A stretch of 64,000 bases of DNA, from assembly GCA_964596525.1 (NCBI GenBank), contig CAZQUL010000001.1, positions 460,830 through 524,829 of the forward strand. Direction: 5' to 3'. Position numbers and translations under genes: made by a program. The notes beneath the pieces are model-generated. The model was not told the DNA's origin, searched no databases, and saw only the letters and a program-made list of their open reading frames with translations. Within the stretch, counting starts at the first letter, position 1. Each line of letters starts with the position of its first letter. Source of the stretch: an uncultured Gammaproteobacteria bacterium (GTDB lineage: Bacteria; Patescibacteriota; Patescibacteriia; Magasanikbacterales; GWA2-37-8). Of this stretch, positions 45,623-53,895 are shown in pieces.

Positions 45623-48088
45623 ATGTCCGAACAACCTAAACTTTTTCCGCAGAAAATCGGCACCATCACGCCGACCCCGCTCGTTGATGAAATGAAGCAG
45701 GCGTACCTCGAGTACGCTATGAGCGTCATCGTCGCGCGTGCTCTCCCCGATGTGCGTGACGGCCTTAAGCCCGTACACCGCCGTATCCTCTATGCCATGT
45801 GGACCATGGGCCTTCGTCATGGCGCCAAATTCCGCAAATCCGCCCACGTGGTGGGTGAAGTGATGGCCAAGTACCACCCGCACGGCGACAGCGCCATTTA
45901 CGACTCGCTTGTCCGTATGGCGCAGGATTTTTCCATGCTCCATACGCTCGTCAAAGGCCAAGGTAACTTTGGTTCCATGGACGGTGACAGCGCCGCTGCC
46001 TATCGCTATACCGAAGCCAAGCTCGAAGCGATCGCCGAGGAACTTCTCTATGATATTGAAAAAGAAACCGTTCCGTTTGTCGCCAACTATGACGGTTCGC
46101 ACTCCGAGCCGAACGTGCTTCCGACCAAAGTACCGAACCTTCTTTTAAACGGCACGATGGGTATCGCGGTCGGTATGGCGACGAGCATTCCGCCGCACAA
46201 TTTAGGCGAGCTCTGCGAAGCTGTTACCACCCTTATCGAAAAACCGGAGACGACCATCGAAGAAATTGCCGACATCGTTAAAGGTCCGGATTTTCCGACT
46301 GGCGCCATCGTGTACGGCAAGAAAGACATCTTGAACGCGTACGCGACGGGCCGTGGCGGCGTTGTTATTCGCGCCAAAGCCGACATTAAAGAAACCAAGT
46401 CCGGCATGTTCCAGATCATCGTCTCCGAAGTGCCCTACCAAGTGAACAAAGCGACCCTCATCGAGAAAATTGCCGAGCTCGTGCAGGAGAAAAAACTCGA
46501 AGGCATCAAAGACCTGCGCGATGAGTCGAATAAAGATGGTGTTCGCGTGGTGGTTGAGCTTAAAAAAGACGCGTATCCCAAAAAAGTCCTTAACCAGCTC
46601 TATAATCTTACCGAACTCCAAACCACGTTTCATTACAACATGCTCGCGTTGGTGGATGGCATCCAACCACGCGTGTTGAACATCAAGACGATCCTTGAAG
46701 AATTTATCAAGCACCGCCAGGTAGTGATCCGCAAGCGCACCGAATACGATTTGGCCAAAACCAAAGACCGCGCTCACATTCTCGAAGGTCTCAAGATGGC
46801 GCTCGACCAAATCGACGCGGTTATCAAAACCATCCGCGCCGCGGCCGACAAAGACGTGGCCAAAGCAGATCTTATCAAGAAATTCGGCTTCTCCGACCGT
46901 CAGGCCACAGCCATTCTTGAAATGCGCTTGCAGCAGCTTGCCAACTTGGAGCGCAAGAAAATCGAAGATGAACTCAAAGAAAAACAGGCGCTCATCAAGG
47001 AACTCGAATCTATCCTCGCCTCCGAGAAGAAAATCCTCGGCATCATCAAGCAGGAAACCAGCGATATTAAAACGCAGTTCGGCATGGAGCGTCGCACGCA
47101 GATCGTTTCGCACGGCGTGAAGGAATTCACGGTCGAAGACCTCATCCCCAACGAACCTACCATCATCATCACGACGACCGACGGCTACATCAAACGCGTA
47201 CCGCCGGACACGTTCCGCCAGCAGTCGCGCGGCGGCAAAGGCGTCATTGGTGTCACTACCAAAGAAGAAGAATCAGTGGAGCGCCTCCTTACCACCAATA
47301 CGCACGACAATCTGCTTTTCTTCACCAACCGCGGCCGCGTGTTCCAGCTTCCGGCCTATGAAATTCCGCAGGGTAGCCGCACGGCCAAAGGCCAGGCGCT
47401 CGTGAACTTCTTGCAGCTCGCGCCCAACGAAAAAATTTCCACCATCCTCGCGATGAGCGACATAACCAATTTCAAGTACTTGGTTATGGCCACGCGCAAA
47501 GGCCTTATCAAAAAGACGCCGCTCGAGGATTTCGAGAACGTCCGTCGCAGCGGCATCATCGCCCTCAAACTCAAGCCTGAAGACGGTATGGAGTGGGTGT
47601 GCCCATCGACCGGCAAAGACAATGTGATGATCGCCACCAAAGAAGGCCAAGCTATCCGCTTCGAAGAAGACGATGTGCGTGCCATGGGGCGCGCGGCCGC
47701 CGGCGTGCACGGCATCCGCCTGCACGACAACGACGAAGTGATCGGTATGGACGTGGTTGATCCCAAGAATAAAGCCGTGCAGTTCCTCACCATCGGCGAG
47801 AACGGCCTCGGCAAACTTACCACCATCGACAGCTACAAAGTGCAGGGTCGCGGCGGCAGCGGCATTAAGACCGCCAAAGTCACCGAGAAAACCGGTTTCG
47901 TCATTCATGCCCAGGCGGTAGATACGACGAAAGCGAAAGAGCAGGACATCATCCTCATCTCCGCCAACGGCCAGACTATCCGCGTGCCCTTTAGCTCCAT
48001 TCCTTCGAGCGGTCGCGATACGCAGGGGGTTCGTCTCATGCGCTTCAAAGACGGGGAAGACAAAGTGGTAAGCGTGACGCTCATATAA
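45623..48088 (+). CDS. gyrA: DNA gyrase subunit A
   Basis: Active-site region AAYRYTEAKL and the QRDR-like block HPHGDSAIYDSLVRMAQ. 821 aa. Confidence 0.97.
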   Translation: MSEQPKLFPQKIGTITPTPLVDEMKQAYLEYAMSVIVARALPDVRDGLKPVHRRILYAMWTMGLRHGAKFRKSAHVVGEVMAKYHPHGDSAIYDSLVRMAQDFSMLHTLVKGQGNFGSMDGDSAAAYRYTEAKLEAIAEELLYDIEKETVPFVANYDGSHSEPNVLPTKVPNLLLNGTMGIAVGMATSIPPHNLGELCEAVTTLIEKPETTIEEIADIVKGPDFPTGAIVYGKKDILNAYATGRGGVVIRAKADIKETKSGMFQIIVSEVPYQVNKATLIEKIAELVQEKKLEGIKDLRDESNKDGVRVVVELKKDAYPKKVLNQLYNLTELQTTFHYNMLALVDGIQPRVLNIKTILEEFIKHRQVVIRKRTEYDLAKTKDRAHILEGLKMALDQIDAVIKTIRAAADKDVAKADLIKKFGFSDRQATAILEMRLQQLANLERKKIEDELKEKQALIKELESILASEKKILGIIKQETSDIKTQFGMERRTQIVSHGVKEFTVEDLIPNEPTIIITTTDGYIKRVPPDTFRQQSRGGKGVIGVTTKEEESVERLLTTNTHDNLLFFTNRGRVFQLPAYEIPQGSRTAKGQALVNFLQLAPNEKISTILAMSDITNFKYLVMATRKGLIKKTPLEDFENVRRSGIIALKLKPEDGMEWVCPSTGKDNVMIATKEGQAIRFEEDDVRAMGRAAAGVHGIRLHDNDEVIGMDVVDPKNKAVQFLTIGENGLGKLTTIDSYKVQGRGGSGIKTAKVTEKTGFVIHAQAVDTTKAKEQDIILISANGQTIRVPFSSIPSSGRDTQGVRLMRFKDGEDKVVSVTLI

Positions 48089-48096
48089 AACAAAAC

Positions 48097-48130
48097 AAAA
48101 AACTACCGGTACTTAGTCGGTAGTTTTTTG
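48097..48130. terminator. Bidirectional intrinsic terminator (A-run, ctaccg-gtacttagt-cggtag, T-run)
   Basis: Serves gyrA on plus and the convergent YdeI-like gene on minus. Confidence 0.7.
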
Positions 48131-48131
48131 T

Positions 48132-48371
48132 TTAGGAAGATCCTTTTTCTCGATGCGGGCACCCGGGCCAGCAACATGGCCGGCGCATGCCGCCGCCGAG
48201 TTTCGAGAGCGCTTTCTCAATGCGGATTGCGCGCGTCTCGACTTTTTTGCCCGACGTTACCCAGCAAATCCACTCGTTTTTGGCGAGCGGCGTAATGTCT
48301 TCCCACACGGCGTGCGCCTGGGGGTTAGATGCGAGGGCTTTTTTAAAATCTGCCGGGAGGCTGTGGGCCAT
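48132..48371 (-). CDS. YdeI/OmpD-associated-family small protein (DUF1801-like)
   Basis: PADFKKALASNPQAHAVWEDITPLAKNEWICWVTSGKKVETRAIRIEKALSKL. Start at MAHSL. The 233-aa track ORF runs upstream across the tRNA and is not supported. Confidence 0.6.
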   Translation of the reverse strand: MAHSLPADFKKALASNPQAHAVWEDITPLAKNEWICWVTSGKKVETRAIRIEKALSKLGGGMRRPCCWPGCPHREKGSS

Positions 48372-48392
48372 ATGTTTCCGACATAAATAACG

Positions 48393-48467
48393 TGGTGCTC
48401 TCGAAAGGAATCGAACCTTTATTTTCGGCTTCGGAGGCCAATGTCCTATCCGTTGAACGACGAGAGC
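48393..48467 (-). tRNA. tRNA-Arg (anticodon CCG)
   Basis: The reverse complement folds as a cloverleaf. Acceptor GCTCTCG/CGAGAGC, D-stem GTTC/GGAC, anticodon loop CTCCGAA, T-arm AAGGTTCGATTCCTT, 3' ACCA encoded. Confidence 0.85.
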
Positions 48468-48513
48468 GAATCTATCTCGCTCACTGTAGCGTAAATGGTT
48501 GGGTTTGGCAATG

Positions 48514-48541
48514 AATGATAAACGACCCGTGGGGGCGGGTC
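48514..48541 (-). terminator. AAACGACC-family terminator hairpin after paralog C
   Basis: gataaacgacccg-tggggg-cgggtcg. Confidence 0.5.
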
Positions 48542-48559
48542 GCGAAAGAGTGGGTCGGA

Positions 48560-49177
48560 TTATGTGGACGGCGGCGGAAGCTCGATAAGCACGCAGGAGA
48601 GCTCTCCACCGAGGAGGCGCAGCCGGAGCCGTTCGGCCACCGGGCGCAGTGCCGGAAAAAAGTAGAGTTTGCGCGGCGCACAGGAAGTGCGCAGTATTTC
48701 CACCATCTCCATTTCGATCGGGAGTGCCTGGTCGTACTCCGCGGGCGGGGGATCTCCGGTCCATGGATAGCAGAGGTGGATGCGGTTCGTTTCCGTTAGA
48801 AATCCTTCCAGGTGGTGCGGGATGCTGCGCCATCTCCGGTACGTTGCGCGGTCGATGAGGAGCGTTCCGTCACGGCTGACATCGAGCGCGTACTGGCCCT
48901 CGCGGAATATAACGGCCTCGTGGCGTTTTCTTTGTTCGTTTTCGATGGCGCGTATTGCATTCCCAACCACCAGCCCAATGGGCATAAACCCCAAGCAGCA
49001 GAAAAAGTTGCCGAGCCCAAGGAGCGTAAACACGAAGACTACGACCAGCGCCCACCCGAAGCCGCCCATGATAACGAGCGCTAAGAGCCCGATTTCTGAT
49101 ACCTGCGAGAACGGCTTCTTGATGTGTGCAAGCTGCCCGGCATTCTCTGAACCTTGATACTTTACCAGAGCACTCAT
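48560..49177 (-). CDS. Paralog C of the 2-TM membrane protein family
   Basis: GGAGGAG SD. TM pair, then a soluble domain ending RKLYFFPALRPVAERLRLRL. ATGA start-stop overlap with the upstream 100-aa gene. Confidence 0.7.
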   Translation of the reverse strand: MSALVKYQGSENAGQLAHIKKPFSQVSEIGLLALVIMGGFGWALVVVFVFTLLGLGNFFCCLGFMPIGLVVGNAIRAIENEQRKRHEAVIFREGQYALDVSRDGTLLIDRATYRRWRSIPHHLEGFLTETNRIHLCYPWTGDPPPAEYDQALPIEMEMVEILRTSCAPRKLYFFPALRPVAERLRLRLLGGELSCVLIELPPPST

Positions 49178-49476
49178 CGTTGACTCCTCCGTGCCTGTTC
49201 GGCGGCTATACGGCTCGCTTGCTCGTTGCGGATTTTTTTCACCACGAACGGAATGCAGAATCCAGTGGCGAGAGCGATGGCGAGTCCCACTACCGGGTGC
49301 AATCCGATGAGACCACAGACGATGGCGGTTAGCACATCGCCCCAGAAGAGCGGTGTCACTATACCGAGAGCATACAAGACGCCGAGAGTCAGTTTCGAAA
49401 ACGGGGGAGGGGTGCGCGCGATATCTCGGGTAGCGTCGTGCGTCGTGGTTTGGACTAATGAATTGAAAGAACTCAT
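49174..49476 (-). CDS. Small 2-TM protein carrying the PPP motif (100 aa), co-transcribed with paralog C
   Basis: GGAGGAA SD. RTPPPFSKLTLGV followed by two TM helices. Confidence 0.65.
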   Translation of the reverse strand: MSSFNSLVQTTTHDATRDIARTPPPFSKLTLGVLYALGIVTPLFWGDVLTAIVCGLIGLHPVVGLAIALATGFCIPFVVKKIRNEQASRIAAEQARRSQR

Positions 49477-49515
49477 TATCAGTTCCTCCGTGATCGTGTG
49501 GTGCAGTAATGGATC

Positions 49516-49544
49516 AACATACCACCTCGGTTCTGGCGCGTCAA
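49516..49544 (-). promoter_or_regulatory. Promoter TTGACG-17-TGgTATGTT of the C'-C unit
   Basis: Family architecture on the minus strand. Confidence 0.5.
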
Positions 49545-49582
49545 TTACTGCCGGTTGGGCGTGCGTGGCATAAGTAGGTTTC

Positions 49583-49613
49583 CAAAATTGAAACGACCTG
49601 CCAGGGCAGGTCG
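49583..49613 (-). terminator. AAACGACC-family terminator after paralog B
   Basis: aaattgaaacgacctgcc-ag-ggcaggtcg. Confidence 0.5.
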
Positions 49614-49643
49614 TAAGGGTGAGGAGAACTCGTCTGCAAACGG

Positions 49644-50267
49644 TCAGTCCTTGAGCTCTACGAAATCACACTGCTTCTCGCGGTTACCAAACTCACGCTG
49701 CAGGTCGTAGAGCTCGCGCTGTAACCGCTTGGCGACCGGGGCGAACTCGCTCTGGTAGAACAGCGTGCGCGGCGCGGGCATGTTGAGCAGGAGACGCCAT
49801 AGGTCTCCTTCCATGATCGAAGACCCGTCTGCAGCGCTGTGCCAGAACAGCACGATGTGGGGTTCGTCCGCAGAAGCGAGCTGCTTTTTGTGGAGCGCCC
49901 AGTCCCGAAACGTCTGGTGATCGACCAGGTAGAGCTTATGGGTGAAAGACGCCCGATGTTCTTGGTCAAGACCGTAGAGAACGCTTTGGCCTCGGTGGTA
50001 AGCATCGGCCATGAGCCGGTATAGGTGGTCTTTATAGGCGCGCCAGCACAGGTATATCCAGCAGATCGCCGAAATCGCCACGATGACGTACCCTGCCGTC
50101 TCGTTGGCGATGTAGATGTTGTTGAGGGCGAGGAGAATCTGTTGAGGAACGTAAATCAGGAGTAAGGTGCTGACGGTCCAGATTCCTACATCGAGCAACG
50201 TGCGCGGCGGGGGGGTGAGGCAAAGATCCATTGCCAGATCAGACGGGGTGGGATTCTTGGTTTTCAT
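49644..50267 (-). CDS. Paralog B of the 2-TM membrane protein family (207 aa)
   Basis: LTPPPRTLLDVGIW, two TM helices, then LYLVDHQTFRDW...FAPVAKRLQRELYDL. Confidence 0.7.
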   Translation of the reverse strand: MKTKNPTPSDLAMDLCLTPPPRTLLDVGIWTVSTLLLIYVPQQILLALNNIYIANETAGYVIVAISAICWIYLCWRAYKDHLYRLMADAYHRGQSVLYGLDQEHRASFTHKLYLVDHQTFRDWALHKKQLASADEPHIVLFWHSAADGSSIMEGDLWRLLLNMPAPRTLFYQSEFAPVAKRLQRELYDLQREFGNREKQCDFVELKD

Positions 50268-50392
50268 GCTTCTTCTCCGTTTCGAGTTGAGAATTACCCT
50301 TGTGCGGATGAGTTGTGGATTTACAGTATACGTTTGTTCTTATCAAAGAGCAATCGTGTTCCACCGTAAGTTGAGTTTCACGATAACAGAAA

Positions 50393-50421
50393 ATGATATC
50401 ACTTTTCGTTCGTCAGGTCAA
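50393..50421 (-). promoter_or_regulatory. Candidate promoter TTGACC-17-TATCAT for paralog B
   Basis: Minus-strand reading; implies a 5' UTR of about 120 nt. Confidence 0.4.
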
Positions 50422-50463
50422 TATCAGAGATTGATGTATTTTCCACGGTGTGTAGCTACAGTA

Positions 50464-50489
50464 ATTGAAACGACCCGTGGTGCGGGTCG
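50464..50489 (-). terminator. AAACGACC-family terminator after paralog A
   Basis: gtaattgaaacgacccg-tggtg-cgggtcg. Confidence 0.5.
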
Positions 50490-50514
50490 TGGGGATGGGG
50501 GCGTGGTGAGACGC

Positions 50515-51150
50515 TTACTGCGGCAGTTCGAATATCCGGCTGAAGCGACCGAGGGCCTCGAGCTTCTTCTGGAGGCGCTCGGCGACCGGCTTGAGGTGCG
50601 GCGGGTAGTAGATTTTCCGGCGCGGCATCATCATGAGCCGTTTGGCGATCCGCTGCTCCCGACTTCGATCTTCGATGTTGGCGCGTTCTGCGTGCCACGG
50701 CTCGAAGATGGAGAGTTTGCGGTAGTTGACCTGCTCGTTGAAGAGCTGTGCCGCTTCCATATCGGGACGGAATGCTTCGGAGTCGACGAGGGTGAGCCGA
50801 TCGAAGATGAAGGTCTGGTGCGTGCGGATTCGCTCGCTGAGATAGGGGGCGACCTTACGGATCGCCTCGCCTGCCAGACGTCGCAGGTGGTTCTTCTCCT
50901 CGCGTGTCACGAGGATGTACGGCAGTATGAAGTAGCAGGCGTAGGTGAGAATCCTGAGCCACGGCCACCAGTATGCACCCGCGAGCTTCTTTGTTATTCC
51001 GGTGAAGAGGGCCCAGGGTATGCCACTGAGGCCGCAGATGATCATGATGAGCATGATCCACACGGCCCGCATGAAGAGAGTGCGTGGCGGGGGCAGGAGT
51101 ACGAGCTTGCGGACATCGTCGAAGGTCTCGATTTTTACCAAAGAACGCAT
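50515..51150 (-). CDS. Paralog A of the 2-TM membrane protein family (211 aa from the ATG)
   Basis: CTGGAGGATG SD. LLPPPRTLFMRAVW, two TM helices, then FIFDRLTLVDSEAFRPD...PHLKPVAERLQKKLEAL. The track's TTG-extended start at 51219 overlaps the -35 box. Confidence 0.7.
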   Translation of the reverse strand: MRSLVKIETFDDVRKLVLLPPPRTLFMRAVWIMLIMIICGLSGIPWALFTGITKKLAGAYWWPWLRILTYACYFILPYILVTREEKNHLRRLAGEAIRKVAPYLSERIRTHQTFIFDRLTLVDSEAFRPDMEAAQLFNEQVNYRKLSIFEPWHAERANIEDRSREQRIAKRLMMMPRRKIYYPPHLKPVAERLQKKLEALGRFSRIFELPQ

Positions 51151-51190
51151 CGTTTCATCCTCCAGGTCCAGGGTTTCGGGGTAACGGAGC

Positions 51191-51219
51191 AGCTTACCAC
51201 GCTTTTTGGCGTAAGTCAA
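51191..51219 (-). promoter_or_regulatory. Promoter TTGACT-17-TGgTAAGCT for paralog A
   Basis: Family architecture on the minus strand. Confidence 0.5.
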
Positions 51220-51296
51220 TCTATCCCCTTGCCAAACGCTTTATTCTGCGCTATATTGGCCTCATCACTTAACTTTGTTAGCTTTTGTATTTCTGT

Positions 51297-51578
51297 ATGG
51301 GTCTTCCCGGTCATCGCCGCACATCGTCGCATAAACGTCGCCGCGCGGCTCATTTTGCCCTCACTGAAGGGGCCATGCAAACCTGCTCACACTGCCAGAA
51401 ACCGGTCCGTCCGCACCGCGCCTGCGCTTTTTGCGGTTACTATAAAGGACGTCCGGTGATGGTTACGAGCCGCATGAAGAAACTCGAGCGCGCCAGCAAA
51501 CCGGCCGCTAAAAAGCCAGCTACTCGCAAGAAAAAAGCCGCTGCCACGGAAACGGCTCCCGCCGCTTCCGCCAGCTAA
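51297..51578 (+). CDS. rpmF: 50S ribosomal protein L32 with a Lys/Ala-rich C-terminal extension
   Basis: MGLPGHRRTSSHKRRRAAHFAL...CSHCQKPVRPHRACAFCGYYKGRPV is a zinc-ribbon L32. The 40-aa tail is KKPAAKKPATRKKKAAA... Confidence 0.8.
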   Translation: MGLPGHRRTSSHKRRRAAHFALTEGAMQTCSHCQKPVRPHRACAFCGYYKGRPVMVTSRMKKLERASKPAAKKPATRKKKAAATETAPAASAS

Positions 51579-51603
51579 CTTAATTCCTTGACGTTCTTTT
51601 CGT

Positions 51604-52113
51604 ATGGCCAATCGCCACCTCGCGCGGAGCATTGCCATGCAGTCGCTCTTTGAATGGGATTTTCGCGACCGCCCTACCGCCGCTATACCCGCTATCGTTG
51701 AACACAACATCACCGAGTTCGGTCCGGGTCTCGAAGAAAAAGACTTCGCTCGTTTTCTGGTTGAAGGTGTTATTGAACATCTGCCGGAAATTGACGCGAT
51801 CGTCACAAAATATGCGCCCAACTGGCCGCTCAACCAGATCATGACGGTCGACCGCAACATTTTGCGTATCGGTGTTTTTGAACTGCGTTACTGCAACAAA
51901 GACGTGCCGCCCAAAGTTGCCATCAACGAGGCTATCGAGATCGCCAAAACCTTCGGTGGCCAGTCCTCGGGCCGGTTCGTGAACGGCGTGCTCGGATCAC
52001 TCTATAACGATTTGCAAAAAGACGGCTTGGCGCCGCCACCCACCACGCAGAGTGCTCCCGAGCCGGCACCTGCCGTCCAAGCGGCGCCGGAAGCGGTTGC
52101 TCAACAGGCTTAA
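51604..52113 (+). CDS. nusB: Transcription antitermination factor NusB
   Basis: [52 protein letters not shown]. Confidence 0.85.
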   Translation: MANRHLARSIAMQSLFEWDFRDRPTAAIPAIVEHNITEFGPGLEEKDFARFLVEGVIEHLPEIDAIVTKYAPNWPLNQIMTVDRNILRIGVFELRYCNKDVPPKVAINEAIEIAKTFGGQSSGRFVNGVLGSLYNDLQKDGLAPPPTTQSAPEPAPAVQAAPEAVAQQA

Positions 52114-52125
52114 CTTCCTCCATGT

Positions 52126-52902
52126 ATGAGTCGAGCAAGCGTCAATCTACTCCCAGAAGTCATTGCTAAAAATTTCAAATCGCTTGAAGAAAAAATCGGG
52201 GTTACTTTTGAACGTCCCGAATGTTTGGTGCAGGCGTTCGTGCATCGCTCGTATCTCAACGAACATCACGATTTTCCGCTCCACCACAACGAACGGCTGG
52301 AATTTTTGGGTGATGCTGTGCTTGAGCTCGCGGTAACTGAATATCTCTTCCACGAATACGCTAACCCCGAGGGTGACCTTACCAATCTGCGCGCCGCGCT
52401 CGTCAATGCGCGTATGCTCGCCGAAATCGCTTACGAAATCGGCATGGAGCCGTACCTCTTTTTGAGCCACGGCGAAGCCAAAGACGCCGGTACCAAAGCG
52501 CGCGATTACATCATGGCCAATGCCATGGAAGCGCTTATCGGCGCCATTTATCTCGACAAAGGTTACGTCATCGCCAATCAGTTTATCACCCGCTGGATCT
52601 TGGTGCGTATTCCGTTCGCGCTCGAGAAACGTCTCGACATTGACGCTAAGAGCCGCTTCCAAGAAGCATCGCAAGAACTCCTCGGTATCACGCCGACATA
52701 TAAGGTTCTCCACGAAGAAGGTCCGGACCATGCCAAGATGTTCAAAGTCGGCGTGTTTCTCGACAAAGAAATGGTGGCGATCGGCGAAGGCATGAGCAAG
52801 CAAGAAGCTCAGACCGACGCTGCTGAAAAAGCCATAGCGGTCAAGAACTGGAAAGTGAAAACCATCGAGCTCATTAAACGAGAACCAGACGGACAGTTGT
52901 AA
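52126..52902 (+). CDS. rnc: Ribonuclease III
   Basis: RNase III signature ERLEFLGDAVLELAVTEYLF and a C-terminal dsRBD. Confidence 0.9.
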   Translation: MSRASVNLLPEVIAKNFKSLEEKIGVTFERPECLVQAFVHRSYLNEHHDFPLHHNERLEFLGDAVLELAVTEYLFHEYANPEGDLTNLRAALVNARMLAEIAYEIGMEPYLFLSHGEAKDAGTKARDYIMANAMEALIGAIYLDKGYVIANQFITRWILVRIPFALEKRLDIDAKSRFQEASQELLGITPTYKVLHEEGPDHAKMFKVGVFLDKEMVAIGEGMSKQEAQTDAAEKAIAVKNWKVKTIELIKREPDGQL

Positions 52903-52992
52903 AACCTACACGCCGAAGTCATCGGAAAGGCTGGGATGGAGAGTGAAATTTTTTTCGCACTCCTTCTCAGCATTTCACTTCTTCGGCCGCAT

Positions 52993-53065
52993 GCGCTCAT
53001 AGCTCAGCTGGTAGAGCAGTTGCCTCTTAAGCAAACGGTCGCAGGTTCGAATCCTGCTGGGCGCA
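52993..53065 (+). tRNA. tRNA-Lys (anticodon CTT)
   Basis: GCGCTCATAGCTCAGCTGGTAGAGCAGTTGCCTCTTAAGCAAACGGTCGCAGGTTCGAATCCTGCTGGGCGCA. Cloverleaf with anticodon loop CTCTTAA. Close to the canonical bacterial tRNA-Lys. Confidence 0.9.
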
Positions 53066-53188
53066 CACGAAAAATCCCGTATCCACCATCTCATTTTTAC
53101 GCTTTATCCGACGTGCACTATTGTATAGACAATTCCATCGTTCGGATGGAAAATGAGGTAGAGGATGCGGGATTTTTTGCAACAATTC

Positions 53189-53260
53189 GCTCCCGTAGTT
53201 TAATGGATAAAATGTCAGGCTTCGAACCTGAAGATAGGGGTTCGATTCCCTTCGGGAGCA
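53189..53260 (+). tRNA. tRNA-Arg (anticodon TCG)
   Basis: GCTCCCGTAGTTTAATGGATAAAATGTCAGGCTTCGAACCTGAAGATAGGGGTTCGATTCCCTTCGGGAGCA. Anticodon stem TCAGG/CCTGA, loop CTTCGAA. Confidence 0.85.
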
Positions 53261-53334
53261 CGCGTGGTGGTGGTCGAGACAAAGAGGTGTCTCGACCTCC
53301 GTCGGAAACAAAAATCCACCTGCCTATTTATTTA

Positions 53335-53811
53335 ATGACTAAACGTATGTTCAAAAAAATCGCTACGGCGATCGCTCTATCCTTTGTGTCCATTTTTGGA
53401 ATGGTTACTTTGGTTCAGGCGCAGGCAGTCGCTGTCGACGGCGGCATTGATGCCGGTTACGGGATGATGGAGAATTTTAGAGAAAATGACAGTGTTCGTT
53501 GTTTGGTCGATGGTCAGGCTGTGCCCTGTCCGGAGCTTGGAGGACATGCGCGTTCCTTTATCGGTGCCGGTCTGTTTTTTACTCTCGTCATTGTCGCTCT
53601 CATGGTGTGGGGTTTGGTGTTCTGGATTCTCATGATTGTCCACGCGGTCAAGAATCCGATCGAGAGTAAAGCGCTCTGGATTTTGATCATGCTTCTCACT
53701 GGCATCCTCGGCGCAATCGTGTACTACTTCGCCATCAAGCGGCCGTTTGAAATGGAGAAAGGCAAGAATTCCATCACGCCGCCAAGTGCGCCGGTGAATC
53801 CAGCGCAGTAG
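53335..53811 (+). CDS. Membrane protein with a PLDc_N-like C-terminal domain
   Basis: Signal/TM N-terminus. C-terminal ALWILIMLLTGILGAIVYYFAIKRP resembles the PLD N-terminal small domain. The track ORF's N-terminus runs across the tRNAs and is not supported. Confidence 0.55.
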   Translation: MTKRMFKKIATAIALSFVSIFGMVTLVQAQAVAVDGGIDAGYGMMENFRENDSVRCLVDGQAVPCPELGGHARSFIGAGLFFTLVIVALMVWGLVFWILMIVHAVKNPIESKALWILIMLLTGILGAIVYYFAIKRPFEMEKGKNSITPPSAPVNPAQ

Positions 53812-53835
53812 TAGGTGTGTAGCTCGTTAGCTCGT

Positions 53836-53882
53836 TAGCACGTTAGCGGTAGTTCCTAACGTGCTACAACGCTAACGTGCTA
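53836..53882 (+). promoter_or_regulatory. 13-bp perfect inverted repeat with a mutually exclusive inner 11-bp alternative (tagcacgttagcg...ctaacgtgcta...cgctaacgtgcta)
   Basis: Three gttag direct repeats, then two ctaacgtgcta copies. Ends 14 nt before the THUMP-MTase ATG. Confidence 0.45.
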
Positions 53883-53895
53883 CCAAGCTCCCTTT

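Noticed and set aside
46202-47908. Antisense ORFs inside gyrA (46202..47113 -, 47273..47908 -)
   Set aside because: Shadow ORFs opposite gyrA.
48372-48833. Upstream 154 aa of track ORF 48132..48833 (Pro/Arg/Ala-rich)
   Set aside because: It runs through tRNA-Arg(CCG) and is low-complexity. Only the C-terminal 80 aa (YdeI-like) looks genuine.
53270-53295. Perfect 10-bp hairpin ggtcgagaca-aagagg-tgtctcgacc after tRNA-Arg(TCG), considered as a terminator
   Set aside because: No T-run follows. It may be an RNA processing or stability hairpin, and is left unannotated.
52936-53334. N-terminal part of track ORF 52936..53811 running through tRNA-Lys and tRNA-Arg
   Set aside because: The reading frame crosses two tRNA genes. 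The real CDS starts at about 53335 with a signal/TM segment.
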